Of a stretch of DNA of 64,000 nucleotides, positions 24,691 through 36,855 are shown one piece after another (position 1 is the first letter of the stretch; each line of letters opens with the position of its first letter). The stretch spans positions 124,001 through 188,000 of the forward strand of contig JAHLWZ010000187.1 in assembly GCA_020536535.1 (NCBI GenBank), given 5' to 3'. The position numbers and the translations under genes were made by a program. Source of the stretch: Pelomyxa schiedti. Its lineage: Eukaryota > Protista > Evosea. Below the pieces are notes generated by a model. The model was not told the DNA's origin and searched no databases. It was given only the letters and a program-made list of their open reading frames with translations.

Positions 24691-26648
24691 ATGTACGAGG
24701 CCACAAGCATCAGCAGTAGCATCCTCCGCAGCAACAACAACACCAACAGCAGCAGCTCTGTGGACGATGGGATACCCACGTGGCTGGTGGTTGACATTGT
24801 AAACATGGTGCTCTACTCCCTCATGGCCGTCGTGTGCCTATGGCGCCTCGTCGTGCACCTCGTGGCCTTGGGCAGGCCCCCGCAGTTCGTAATGTACAAC
24901 GATAAGGCGCCGCCAATCGCCTCAGTTGCAACCGCGCCACCTGGTTACGCAATTGCAACTGCAGTCCACAGCCCCCCGGCTCAGTCTCAGTCCCATTCCC
25001 ATTCACACTCGCACTCTAATCCTCAAACATCTACTTTGCCTCAGGCTAAATCGGGGCTGACCAAAAAAGCCAAGGCGAATAGGAAAGCCAAACGGAAGGC
25101 TATGTCTGAGAAGAAAGAAAAGGCAAAAGGTGGTGGTGTGAATGGGGTGGCTGAGGGGCCTGTCAATGTGAACCCCGACGATGACCCTATCACTGCTGTT
25201 GTCATTGGCTCTGATTCATCACAGCAGGACCTGTCAGCTACAGCATCAGCCTCATCATCATCATCGTCCTATCTGGCATCATCTGTGGAGGACTTTGTGG
25301 CAAATGCAGCAAAGAACATCATTCGGGTACCGGCTGATAACCCAAACAGCAATCCTCCTTCCGATGTTACTTCTCCGTCTCCTGCTGCTACGAGTGCATT
25401 TTCATCCTCTGGGACATCTTCTTCTATGATGAGTAGTGGTAGGTCTACCGGTGCTTCATCAGTATTCAGTTCCAACTCGTCTGTTCTATCTTCTAGCAGT
25501 GAGTTCGATGCCCCTTTGATTCTCCAGCCAGTGGTGTCCATTCCAGCCAGACCGAAATGTTCATTGAAGAGAACCCTACTTGCTTTTGGCTCAAGGCTGG
25601 TACAGTTTCATGCCCTTTTGTTTTCATTCTTTGCTTGTATGCATTCATAAATCCCTTCACGTAATTTACGTATTTTATATTTAATGACAATTGTAAACTT
25701 TAGTAAAATGCAGAGATTGTTTAACTCTTGGTCCTGAAGGCACATCCATTTATGGAATGATTTCAATGCTCCCCGAAGAGGATGTTAATCTTGACAATGA
25801 GGCTGTTGTAGATGGCCTTAGTTATTTATTGGGTACAGTCGCTCATTGTCTATTTTTTACAGCATTACTAGTGATGCTTTTGCACATGTACGCTGATTAC
25901 CCCTATTTCAAAATAAAACACCTTTAGGCTTGAGCATATGAATGCCGAACTAGCCAACCGGAAATTACTTGTTTCTACTCTGTCTAATGTTATTTTTTGG
26001 CTCATAATGTCCATTCCCTACTTTTACACTCTGGCTACCACAGTGTACTTCATTATGGTTCCTGACGCCCTTGCTGATGGTAAGTGACTCACAAAACTGG
26101 ACATCACTGAATTTGCAAGGGAATATAATTTATGATACGGCAATCATCACAATTGTGGTGTACTGTCTAATGTGTGCCATCGCATATTGCATCACAGCCG
26201 CTCTTATTGTGAGAAAGGTTTACATTCTTGAGAGAAACGATCTATTCTTCAAGAGTAGCCTCCTTGATAATGTTTCCCTTCTAATTTGTGCATCCTCTAG
26301 TGAAAAAAAGACCCGTTTACCTACTGGTTTTTCCTTTGAGATATTATTAGTCTTTCTAACTGATATCAGATATTTGTGATGGCTGTGTGCCTTATAAGTT
26401 TCTTACTGCAGGTTTGCTCAAATAACCTCAGTTCGTTCTCACCACTTTCCCAGTGCGCTATGCTTTCCTATAGGCCAATTACAGGAGAATATATGAACCA
26501 ATATGTCTTTGAGGTTTTCACCTATTGGCTTCCCGAGGTATTGTATTGATCACTAACAACACCTAACATACCACAGGTTGCTTGTTCTATTTTGCTTCTA
26601 ATTGTTGCTAGAAAGCCAGAGATAAGGAGGAATTATTCCACCAATTAA
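24691..26648 (+). CDS. Multi-pass (about 7 TM) membrane protein, THH1/TOM1- or GPCR-like, with a very long Ser-rich first loop
   Basis: TM1 (IVNMVLYSLMAVVCLWRLV), then a ~250-aa low-complexity loop, then further TM exons ending in FEVFTYWLPE|VACSILLLIV. Confidence 0.65.
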
Positions 26649-26710
26649 ATTGTTGTAGTTCCTAATAAATAAGCATTTTTGTTTCTTGTTATGGCATTAC
26701 AGTGGCACAT

Positions 26711-29285
26711 TTAAACACAAGAGACTGGGTGCACATAGGCGGTCCTATTCTCTGGTGTGACAACAAACTTAGTGAGAACACCTCCTTCACATTTGGCTTC
26801 CACAATCGTGTTGCGGGGTGCCACTAACTTCACATCCACATCCCAGTCTGAGGGCCAGGATGGGAAGAGTAGCACAGAGCCATCATTATCATCAAGGGGT
26901 TGGAGAATCATAGCGTGAAGGGCGATTCTTAGTGTCGTGTATTGGTCTAGGGATGGTTGATAGTCTTGGTAATGTTGTGCAAACCCGCCAAATCGATAGC
27001 CTTAATGGGTATTAGTTGATGAATTCCGAAGGCATTAAGACCTGTGGGTGTTTCTTGTCTTGCACGTTGAACAACTAGCCTTTTGGCTTCTGAAGTAAGG
27101 CCAAGAAAAGCTGCATCTACTACGTCTTGGCACCATCCGTCATTGCAGGGGAATCGCCTGGTGTCAAAGGTGTTAATTGCCACTTGTAGACCCTCTTCCT
27201 ATGGGGATATTAATTTCCATTGAGCCAATCTTTGGAAACCTTGCCCGAAGCATACACCCTAAATGGATATACAGTATACAGTTCGGTATTTTCGCTATTT
27301 GATGAAGACCGCGGGATAACTGCCCCGGGCATAATAACTGTCCTCAGACTCCTTGTGCCGGTGGGAATGTCAGGGACTCTGTCTAGAATTGCTTCCCATC
27401 TTGCGCGCTGTGCCTCAGTTGTTAGTGAAGATGGTAGTGCAAGTAATGCTGCAAGAACTGCTTTCAGCCCCCCTATGTCCGGTGTAGGATTGGTAACGCA
27501 TTTATCAGAATCAACAGGGATGGAACCACATTGCCAAGTTTCCAAAGACTGTGACGGAAACATTACCATTTTGCCTGGGTTTCTATTATGAGTATTTTTT
27601 TTTACATTTTCTGGTAGAATTAACCATTGGTATCATTCTCCGGGAAGTGTTCATCATAAAATGTTAAAATTTCTTCAACGAACGGAAGATATTTCGTAAG
27701 AATCTTTTCATCCCCAGTCATCAAGTAATGGTCCAACAAAATCCACGACACCTCTAACCCTCCAATCCAATCTGTAGGATATAAGTTCTAGGTGTAAGGT
27801 TACAATAACACACGGTATCGAATCCAAACACTGGCTCCATTATTGGGAGGGTATGTTTGTGCGCAAGCATCATAGCCATACTCACCATCGACGCAGGTAC
27901 CAAAGACTGTAATTGTTTCGTGGTAAAAGGCCCCAGAGTGATTGAAGTAAGTCTCTGTGGTTTTTTTTGCCAATGGCAAAGCGTCATTGTACATCTTGTA
28001 TAAGGGCTCCATGAAGTCAAAATCTCCCGAGGGAATGGCGGCATAGTAAGGCTGACGGATATTTTGGAACCAGTAGCCACCTCCCCAGTCACGATAGTCC
28101 AAACCACGGCCTTCATCAGCAACCCAAGCCTGCCCGTTAAATTTGATTGGGGATTTGGAGTTGCGGCCGTCACAGGCATCCAAAAATCTTGTCCAAATAT
28201 ATTTAGATGTTACCTTTTCTATTTAGAACAAAAAAAAGGATGGAAGGAGGGTACGTTATAAGGATCTGTGGAGCCATCCGTTGAACTTATGAAGATATGC
28301 GATCTGTCCCAGAATTCCGCCCACCAGTTGCTGGTTTCACTAAACATATCGTCTACTGCAACGGAAGACACTGAAGAAAGAAGGGCTCGGATTGCATTTT
28401 CCCATGAATCAATTCCAGTGTCACTAGGGTCTAGCACAGTATACAGCACCACAGTCATGTCAAGGTTCTCTACACCAACACCCTTTAAGGTATACAGGTC
28501 AGCACGATCAAGACCAGGAGCACTTGCGGCAAGACCCCATGTCAGACCTAGAAGCGGGTCTGGTAAAGTTTCAATCAAACTAGACAGGCCTTGCAGATTC
28601 AAATCATACTCCCAGATGGAAAAAGTATTTCTGTGGTACCTTCCCACAATCAGAATCATGAAGCTTAACAGTGGTATTAATACCACAATACAGAGGCGTC
28701 GTCATCAGATCCCCTCAAGGGAACTATGGTATCCGGTCCAACGTATTGTGTGACACAATGAACGGCATCCTCGGGGCTAAGGGTAGTACGCCAAGGCTCA
28801 AAAGTGACAACTACATCAATAGGGCCACTGGCAGAAACAGCTGAGACACGAATTGCCTGGTACTCAGAGTCCACAAAAATTAAAATGGACATTCCCCCAG
28901 CACTTATTTCTATGGAGCCGTTAAAGAAGTAAAAAAAAGTGAGAATAACAAAAGCCCGGAGCACACCAATGGAACCACTCTCCAGCCTGAGGGCTTGCAG
29001 GAAAGGAGTCGCTAGCAGAGGTTGGCCTGTAAAAGCCACCCGCAGCAATCCCACCTTTGCCAGGGCGGCGTTTTCGTTAAACGCGTCGCTCTTGGCCACT
29101 GAAATAAGCAGGTCACCCGAAGCACCGTCCACCCACACCCCAGCCGACACGTCGCCGGCACCTATTGGCATAGCGCCGCGAGAGTCTGACGATGGGGAAG
29201 CCCAGGAAACGTCATAGTCCGACACAGACGCCCCAGCAACCCCACATACTACAACCACGAACAGCACACTCCAACGCACCAGCAT
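26711..29285 (-). CDS. Secreted glycoside hydrolase, GH95/DUF5703-like (bacterial-type)
   Basis: Signal peptide MLVRWSVLFVVVVCGVAGA; SRGAMPIGAGD; WWAEFWDRSHI; PIKFNG; DYRDWGGGYWFQNIRQPY; NTELYTVYPF; GWCQD; LLFPSWPSDWDV. Confidence 0.8.
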
Positions 29286-29583
29286 TACGCAGACCGCTGA
29301 CCGGTGCACGCACCAAACGCCCGTTCGGAAGTTCTGATTTATTGAAAAAATGAAACTTTGATCAATGGTTTTTCTTGGATCAAGGAGAGGGGAGTAGTGC
29401 CAATATGCCAATGTCCCCTCTGCGAACCAAAAACTCCAAGGCACTCCCAATCTCCCAGTGACAACACAGTTGCCAGATGGAATTTTTCTCACCAACAAAG
29501 AAATCAGACCAAAAAACAAAAAAGGGGGCCGGTGCTGCACCGTCGACCGAAGTAGATCCGTAACTTCTTTTTTTCCTCGTTGG

Positions 29584-31264
29584 ATGAAGGCGCGTGGGGA
29601 TTATGTAGGAGGATCGGCGAGGGCGAGTTCCGGTACATTGCAGACGAAGCCTGTTACTTCGCGTGACAACCCCTCCGCACTAGATCGTAGGGGCTGGGAG
29701 CGCTCCGATTTCCCAAGTATGTTAAAAATACTAATTCCCCCCTTTTTTTTTCACCAACTCTTCTCAGTTATTTGCGAGACATGTCTTGGGGACAACCCTT
29801 ATGTCAGAATGGTTTGGCATCTGGCCGTTCAATTTAATTTTCACTTACCACATAAAGACTAAAGCTGAATTTGATAAAGAGTGCAAAGTTTGTTTGAGAC
29901 CCTTCACAGTTTTTCGTTGGAGACCTGGTGCTAATGCACGGCACAAAAAAACTGAAGTGTGTCAAACTTGTGCTAAGCTCAAAAATGTTTGTCAGGTTTG
30001 TTTTTTGCTTTGTCCTCTGTGTATAATCACTGTGACACAGGTTTGTTTACTTGATTTGGAATATGGTCTTCCCACCCAAGTCAGAGACATAGCCCTCCAA
30101 CAAGCTGGAGTAGAAGTTCCTGATATGCCACAATCCGAAACGAACAGTCAGTGGCTTCAAGACTTACAGCTCAGAAAAGCTGAAACAGGCCAAGAGTTTT
30201 CCTACGAGCAAGTAGAGCCCTCAAGTATTGTCGTGAAACTTGCAAGGAATACCCCGTACTATGCGCGAAATAGGGCACACATATGTTCATTCTTCGTGAA
30301 AGGGCAGTGCAAAAGAGGAGCTGAATGCCCGTACAGGTCAGGTTTTAACTTGGAATCCCTGAACTAACCTCATTGCAGACATGAAATGCCAGTGCAGTCT
30401 GAGCTTTCAACACAAAATTTGAAGGATCGTTACTATGGTGTCAACGATCCGGTTGCAAGGAAGTTACTCAGACAGGCCGAACGTTTTGCCAAGCTTCCCC
30501 TCCCAGCTGACCCTGATATTGCTACTCTCTATGTGGGCAACCTGGACCCCTCTACAACTGAGGCGGACATAAGAGATGCTTTCTATAGTTTCGGGGAGAT
30601 TAAGTCTGTGTGTGTGGAGGGAAACAAACAACCACATGGGATTGGTTAAAAAAAATACACTAGAACTAAATAAATACTCACATAATTGAAATGCAGCAAA
30701 CTGATTTCCTTTAGTTACGCCTTGTTCCTGCACAAACATGTGCATTTGTGACCTATACTACCCGAGAGGCAGCCGAAGCGGCAGCCGATAAGCTGTTCAA
30801 CACACTTACTATCAAAGGCAAACAAGCACGAATTGCATGGGGAAAGAAATTCGATCCCACTGCCGCTTCAACTACGTCCCGCACATCGTCGGACCCACTT
30901 GGTGGAATCTCAGTTTTACCACCAGGGGTTGTTCTGCCGCCGCCGCCACCACCCGGGGACCTTCCTCCACCTCCTGGGCTCACTCTACAGTATCCACTAC
31001 CAGTTCCCGTTATCGTAAGACAGGACATACCTCTTTCCAACTAATACCAAATAGAACACCACTCTAGCGAGTACAAGTGCAAGTGCAAGTGCAAGTACAA
31101 CTACATCAGCTGTCACAAGCACCACATCCTCCACCCCGGCATTGACTCCACCAACAACTTTCTATCCCTCAATGGACCCAGCAAGGCTTGGCTCTGCTCC
31201 TAGGTTTATTGATTTCTTTTCAGGTTCTCACCTTGATGGCTAACATTACCTCAGGCAGTTTTAA
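29584..31264 (+). CDS. RBM22: Pre-mRNA splicing factor RBM22/Slt11/Cwc2
   Basis: WERSDFP|[15 protein letters not shown]; FRWRPG; [26 protein letters not shown]; RRM; C-terminal [10 protein letters not shown]. Confidence 0.96.
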
Positions 31265-31326
31265 GCCCTTGTGTTTGACTGTGTTCCTGTCCACGAGCTC
31301 CTTGGCTCTGTATAATTCCTGCCCTC

Positions 31327-33061
31327 CTAGTGCTTTTGCCCCAAACCTTCTACCTTGTAATGGCCTGTTCCTCAAAACAAAACAAAAAACTTGTTCAAAC
31401 TTGTTTTGATCCTGCAAGAATTTGTTGTTGCAAGAGCTTGAAGTGTTGTGGAATGTTATCAAAGAAGTGTTGGCATTCAGTGTCAGCAGTAAGAGTAGCC
31501 CCGCACCCCACAACGGCACATGGCCACGTCGTTTGTGTAGTGCTGTTGGATGTGGTTTCTGTTGCACTGAGAGGGGGGATACTTAAACTGGGCACCGGAG
31601 GTAGTGTGAATGTAGGTGCTGTTGTAATGGCTGTCGTGTGTTCGTCGTTCGTGGTAGGTGCAGGTATATTTATGATGACGGGGTGTGTGTTGAGGACTGG
31701 AAGCTCGGAACTAGTTGCGGGATCCTTGTGTGCCAATGATGTAAATGGTGTCTGCAATTGTGGGTAACTGGTCACGTTGGAGCGAAAAGAATTGGGCTGA
31801 GGCCTCGGGAGGCTGCGCCTGGGTGTTTGAAGGTGAAGGGGGGTTGAAATTTGTAACCCTCTCTGCAACTGATGTGAGGGGCATGTCCTGCTTGCAGATG
31901 ACGGGGTGGATGTAAACAGGCAATGAGAGACTGAAGAGACTTTAATCTGATGGGAGGGAGTCGATGGAACTGCACGGCGAGGTGTGGCGAGAGGTGGGTG
32001 TTGTGTAGTAATGGTTACAGGATCCGAGCTATCCCCAGTTCGCATAGGGTCTGTGTTTTTTGGCAATTCGGGGGCATTCCCTTCGAAATTGAGTCGCCTG
32101 AGCTTCTGCAAGGGAAATGTTGTTAGTGGCCAGTTGTGAACCCGAGTAGAAAAACCTTGTCAGACCTGACACTACAGCGTTTACTAACAATAAGGGGAGT
32201 ACATTGCGATAGTTCCACTGGATATTAAAAAACTTAATGAGGAAGAAGAAGAGAGATGGTGAGAGAATAGGGAGGGAAAAAAAAAAAAAGCGAAAACAAA
32301 GATGAGAGGGTATTGCCACCTTCTTCAATATCATTAGGTTCGTCATCTTCACCCAATTCCTGCCCAGTTTGTGACATGCGCAACTTCGTTTGCAGCTCCT
32401 CAAACTGCCTCACCAACGCAGCTTTTTTCACCTAACCATGGGAGAGCTTAGTACAAATGCCAGCCACACAACTGAAAATTACTCAAAATGGAAAGTAGTA
32501 ACTACGCCTCACAGTGTTCATTGGCAGCTGAATTCCGGCATATCCCAGCACAGCGCGAAGCTGAGCGACAGTCAATTTCGCAGGATCTCCTTCGTACTTT
32601 GCCACATCGAATCCTCTGGCCCCGAGGCTCGGCCTCGCAGCCGCTCCTCCCTTTTTGCTCTTACTTGCCATCCCAGATCTTTTTGTCGCCGCCGCAGTCG
32701 CCGTTGCCGCGGATCTTGATTTTGAGGACGAAGACGGCGCGAGTGCGTTTGAACCACTGACTTGTAGTATGCTTTTGTCTTTGACTGTGCCGCCAGTCGC
32801 GTGGCGTGTCACCGCGGGCTTTTTCTTTTGGATCTTGTCATGTCGCGAAGCGGCTGTCGTGTTTGCAGCAGAATCTCGTAGTGACAGTTTCGAGTCTGAT
32901 GATGATGAAGAGGACGACGAGGACAGGGACTTCGGTGCAGGGGCGGGAACGGTTGTCTTAGACTTTTTGGGGAGGGGTGGCTTGGCAGTTTTCCTTGCAC
33001 TTGTGGGACAATGTACATTGGGTGTCGCCGAGGGAGGAGCACTTCGGTTTGACCCTATCAT
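31327..33061 (-). CDS. Lys/Ser-rich protein with a HeH/LEM-like domain and a C-terminal TRAF-like zinc finger
   Basis: DPAKLTVAQLRAVLGYAGIQLPMNT|VKKAALVRQF (HeH-like); WPCAVVGCGATL...QHFFDNIPQHFKLL. No TM helices seen. Confidence 0.6.
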
Positions 33062-33244
33062 CAAATTTCGGGGAAACTGAAGAAATCCTTCGAAGGCCTG
33101 GTGGTGCTCGTCCCTCTGTTGGGAATCCTACGGACTGGTCGTGGTGGGTTTCTTTGAGCTGCAACACAAGTTCGGATAAGAAAGAAAATTCCATTCAGCT
33201 CCAGAATCAACTCGGGAAACAGTTTAATTTACAAAAAAAAAGAA

Positions 33245-33542
33245 ATGATCGAGGTGATATGCAACGATCGTCTTGGGCGTAAGGTCCGAGTCAAGGTTAA
33301 CGAGGACGACACAATAGGTACTTACTGTTCATTCGTTTTCCCTTTTTTTTTTTTTTTTGTCGTCGTAGTTCTAAACCTAACGCATCCCACAAGGTGATCT
33401 CAAGAAGATCCTCGCTGCACAAACCGGCACAAGGCCTGAGAAAATCAAGCTCCAGAAGTGGTACACCGTGTACAAGGACCACGTCACCCTCAGGGATTAC
33501 GAAATCCACGACGGAATGGGCCTCGAGCTCTACTACTACTAA
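33245..33542 (+). CDS. UBL5: Ubiquitin-like protein 5 (Hub1); absent from the ORF track
   Basis: Two exons give [25 protein letters not shown]|[48 protein letters not shown]. Confidence 0.98.
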
Positions 33543-33724
33543 TTTGTGAATTCCTCAGTCCTTTTGTGTACAGTACCGGCCTTATTTGAGTGTGCCAGAG
33601 AAGAAAGGGAAAGAAAAAACCCATTTCCTCCACTCAACTTGATTTTAAAAAAAAAACAAAAGAATTTGTTGCTTAGGAAAAAGTTTTATTAGTTTTATTT
33701 GCTGGTTATTAGTTTGTGGGGTCT

Positions 33725-35050
33725 TTAGAGTTGCCTTGTATCAACTACCCTCTTGGTCTTGCCAGGTGTACGAGGTAGTGTCCCATTGGGGACGATCTCG
33801 ACTATTGCGGATATACATATGGTTCTCTTCATACTAGCTTCTACTTGCCTTCTTATCTCAGCATCGCCAAGTGGGTCCATGCCTGGCATCCTCTCTATTT
33901 TAACCACCATAAAGTCCTTGCCGGCCTCGCGCTTGAGAACCACTTGGTATTCAGTGCCGGAGATTGAAGGCACGGCGAAAACAATGTGCTCAAGCAGCCC
34001 CGGGTAAACCTTGACACCCCTGAAGGTAATCATGTCATCACTCCTTCCAAGAATGCTGCTGTGGCGAGGCATAATGCAACCGCATGGGCACTGGCCAGGT
34101 ATGGCGCGGGCCATATCACGCGTACGATAGCGGATGAGCGGAGTAGCCTCTTTGCGGAGGGTTGTAACCACCATCTCCCCAGTCTCTCCCTCACTCACAG
34201 GCTGCAAGGTCTCAGGATTGAGAAGCTCCAGGATATAGTAGTCAGCCCAGTAGTGAATTCCCTGATGGAACTCGCAGTCTATTCCCGTGCCGGGGCCATA
34301 CAGCTCAGTCAGACCCACAATATCAAACACGTGCTTTACCCCCATCAGATTCTTAATCCTCTCCTTCGTCTGCGCGCTGGTCGGCTCGCTCCCGAGCACG
34401 ACGCGCTCGAGCGCCAGGCTCGGCTTCACGCCGCGCTTCTCCACCTCCTCGGCCAGCAGCACCGCCATCGAGGCCGTGCAGCACAGCGTCGTGATCTTCA
34501 TGTCGACGAGCAGCTCGATCTGCAGCTCGCTGTTGGCGGGCCCGCTGGGCACCACCATCGCGCCGAGCCTCTCCAGCCCCGCGGCGAAGCCCATGCCCGC
34601 GGTCCACAGCCCGAAGCCGACGGCCAGCAGGGCGCGGTCGCGCGCCGTCACGCCGGCCATGGCCAGCGCCCTGGCGAAGAACTGCGCCCAGTCGTCGACG
34701 TCGGCCTGCGTGTAGGTCACGACCTTGCGGCGGCCGGTCGTCCCGCTCGACGCGTGGACCCGGACGACCTTGTCCTCGGCGACGCTGAGCAGGGGGAAGG
34801 GGTAGCCGTCGCGGAAGTCGTCCGCCGTGGTGAAGGGCAGGCGCGCCAGGTCCGACAGCTCGCGGACGTCCGCCGGGGCGACGTGGGCCGCGTCGAGCTT
34901 GGCCCTGTACACTGGGGAGTTGGCGTAGGCGTGGGCCACGGTGCGCCTGAGTCCCTCGACCTGGATGCGCTGGATATCTGCGGCTGTGCGGATCTCTGAG
35001 GGGATGAAAGGGAATGAGGTCTTTGTTGTTGCTGGTGTGGACGTGGCCAT
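33725..35050 (-). CDS. paaK: Phenylacetate-CoA ligase (bacterial-type, intronless)
   Basis: LPFTTADDFRDGYPF; VHASSGTTG; GLTELYGPG; EATPLIRYRTRD; GRSDDMITFRGVKVYP; GKTKRVVD. Confidence 0.93.
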   Translation of the reverse strand: MATSTPATTKTSFPFIPSEIRTAADIQRIQVEGLRRTVAHAYANSPVYRAKLDAAHVAPADVRELSDLARLPFTTADDFRDGYPFPLLSVAEDKVVRVHASSGTTGRRKVVTYTQADVDDWAQFFARALAMAGVTARDRALLAVGFGLWTAGMGFAAGLERLGAMVVPSGPANSELQIELLVDMKITTLCCTASMAVLLAEEVEKRGVKPSLALERVVLGSEPTSAQTKERIKNLMGVKHVFDIVGLTELYGPGTGIDCEFHQGIHYWADYYILELLNPETLQPVSEGETGEMVVTTLRKEATPLIRYRTRDMARAIPGQCPCGCIMPRHSSILGRSDDMITFRGVKVYPGLLEHIVFAVPSISGTEYQVVLKREAGKDFMVVKIERMPGMDPLGDAEIRRQVEASMKRTICISAIVEIVPNGTLPRTPGKTKRVVDTRQL

Positions 35051-35263
35051 CTTCTTCTTCTCTGTCTTTTGGTTTGGGGTTTTAAGGGCCTTTAAAGGTT
35101 TTTCTCTTAAATAATATTTTAATTTTCTAAATCGCTTTTTACTTTTCTGCGGAAACTGTACCGGTAATTTCGTGCACAAATGGGACGGCGAATTGAATGA
35201 ATTTTGTGGAAGGTTTTGTTTTATGGACGGAATAAGGGAACTGTCCCAGAATGTGGGGTCAGG

Positions 35264-36604
35264 TTACCATAGAATGCAAGATACTTGCTTCCCAGTGAAA
35301 AGGAACCCAAAGCAGTTTTTGTTGCAGTGCACACACCGCTTTATTGCAGAGTACTGTTGATTTTGCATTTTGTTTGGCCACTCAGGGTCAGCTATTAGCT
35401 GCCGCCCAATTGCAATCAGGTCTGCTTTGTTGTTGGTAAGAACGTCCAGTGCTCTATCTATGTCACACAACTGTCCAACACCTGTAACGCCGGTTACGGG
35501 AGCGAAAATGCTAACCATAGAAAGTACCAATTACTGGGACACCGAGATTACGGAAAGGTGCAGAATCGGAACCTGGTACCTCTGGAACAGGCCGGTTCGA
35601 GGAAAGGTCAACTCCAGAACTAATATCTAACACATCCACACTAGCGGCAATAAGCTCTTTGGCAAATGCAACACTGTGCACAGTGAATAAATGAATGACT
35701 GGAACAAAAAAGTTACCTCTCTGTGAGACCGAATCCATCCCCCTTGGGTGTGTGTCGATAAAAAATAAGGGTCTCAGGGCCACAGGCGTCTCGCACAGCT
35801 CTAACAAGTGCAAGAGGAACGCTGGAAGGAACAGAAAATCTATCAGTTCGTTTGTTGTGTGCAGGATCGAAGAAATGCTGCAAGGTGAAGCCGTGTGCAC
35901 CATGTAGTTCAATACCTGTAATGATCAAGGATGAGAAATAGTTGGGTGGCATGGTAAATACCCCTGAATCCAGCCTGAACCATAATCCTAGCCGCTTCTG
36001 CAAACCGGCTGATAGCTAGAACCAAGCGTTCCTCGGTCAAGTCATTTGGCGCCGAGCAATATGAGAAGAAGAGTTGAACTGCAGGAAATGCTCCATTCGT
36101 CGTAATGGCCTCTATGACATCCAGTTAAAGAATATTCCTTTCCCCGCCACAACATCCAAATTCCCAACAACAATGAAATATCCCCACCAAATAATCGCAC
36201 TGCCCCCTGCGCCCATCCCATAATGACACAACATCACTCTCTGTGACACAAAAGAAAGCAAAAGGGGGAGGCGGGAGCGAGCCCTCCACGCGCACACCAG
36301 CGACGGTCCTGGCGTCCTCCACCGTCACGCTCGCGGCGGCGGCGGCGCCCCCCTCGGACGCGGGCATGGGTGCCACGGCGGTCGCGTCCATGGCCTCGAC
36401 CACCACCAGCCCCGCGCCCCCGCGGGCCAGCGCCGCGTACCACTCCCTGCACTCGGGCGTCCCCACCGCCCGGCACTGCCGCATCGGCGGCGCCACCACG
36501 CGGTTCCGCAGCACCACCCCGGGCCGCAGCTCCAGCGGCCTGAACGCCAGCCCGTTGAACTGCGCCCCTTTGGCTGCGTCGTAGTGCTGTCGTGCCGCCT
36601 GCAT
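35264..36604 (-). CDS. NADH:flavin oxidoreductase (Old Yellow Enzyme family) with C-terminal Fe-S Cys motif
   Basis: LRNRVVAPPM; ARGGAGLVVVE; AGF.GIELHGAHGF; ADLIAIGRQLIADPEWPNK; CVHCNKNC-x11-C. Four GT-AG introns. Confidence 0.9.
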
Positions 36605-36855
36605 CGTCGTGCTTTGTGCACCGGTGTTGGGATGCGTTTGTTTTTTTTTTTGTGTGTGTTGTTGTTTGTGTTTGTTTGTGTGTTGGAAAATTCTTGTGCC
36701 ACACAACGGTTCGTTGGCAGGGCTTTTTTTCTTGTAAAAACAGGAGGGAAAAAAAAGTGTGTGCATGTGGACAGGGATTTGGTGGTAATTCAAAAAACAA
36801 TTTACAGTGGAATGTGTTGAGTTGTTGGGGGTGTGGTTGCTTATGCAGAAAAAAT

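Noticed and set aside
29584-33542. Apparent cluster of splicing genes (RBM22, UBL5; INTS1 further away)
   Set aside because: Interspersed with unrelated genes; compatible with chance in a gene-dense genome.
33986-34999. Long antisense/alternative ORFs over paaK (also over the ankyrin, SLC6, OYE and RPS19 5' regions)
   Set aside because: Shadow ORFs caused by stop-codon depletion in GC-rich coding blocks.
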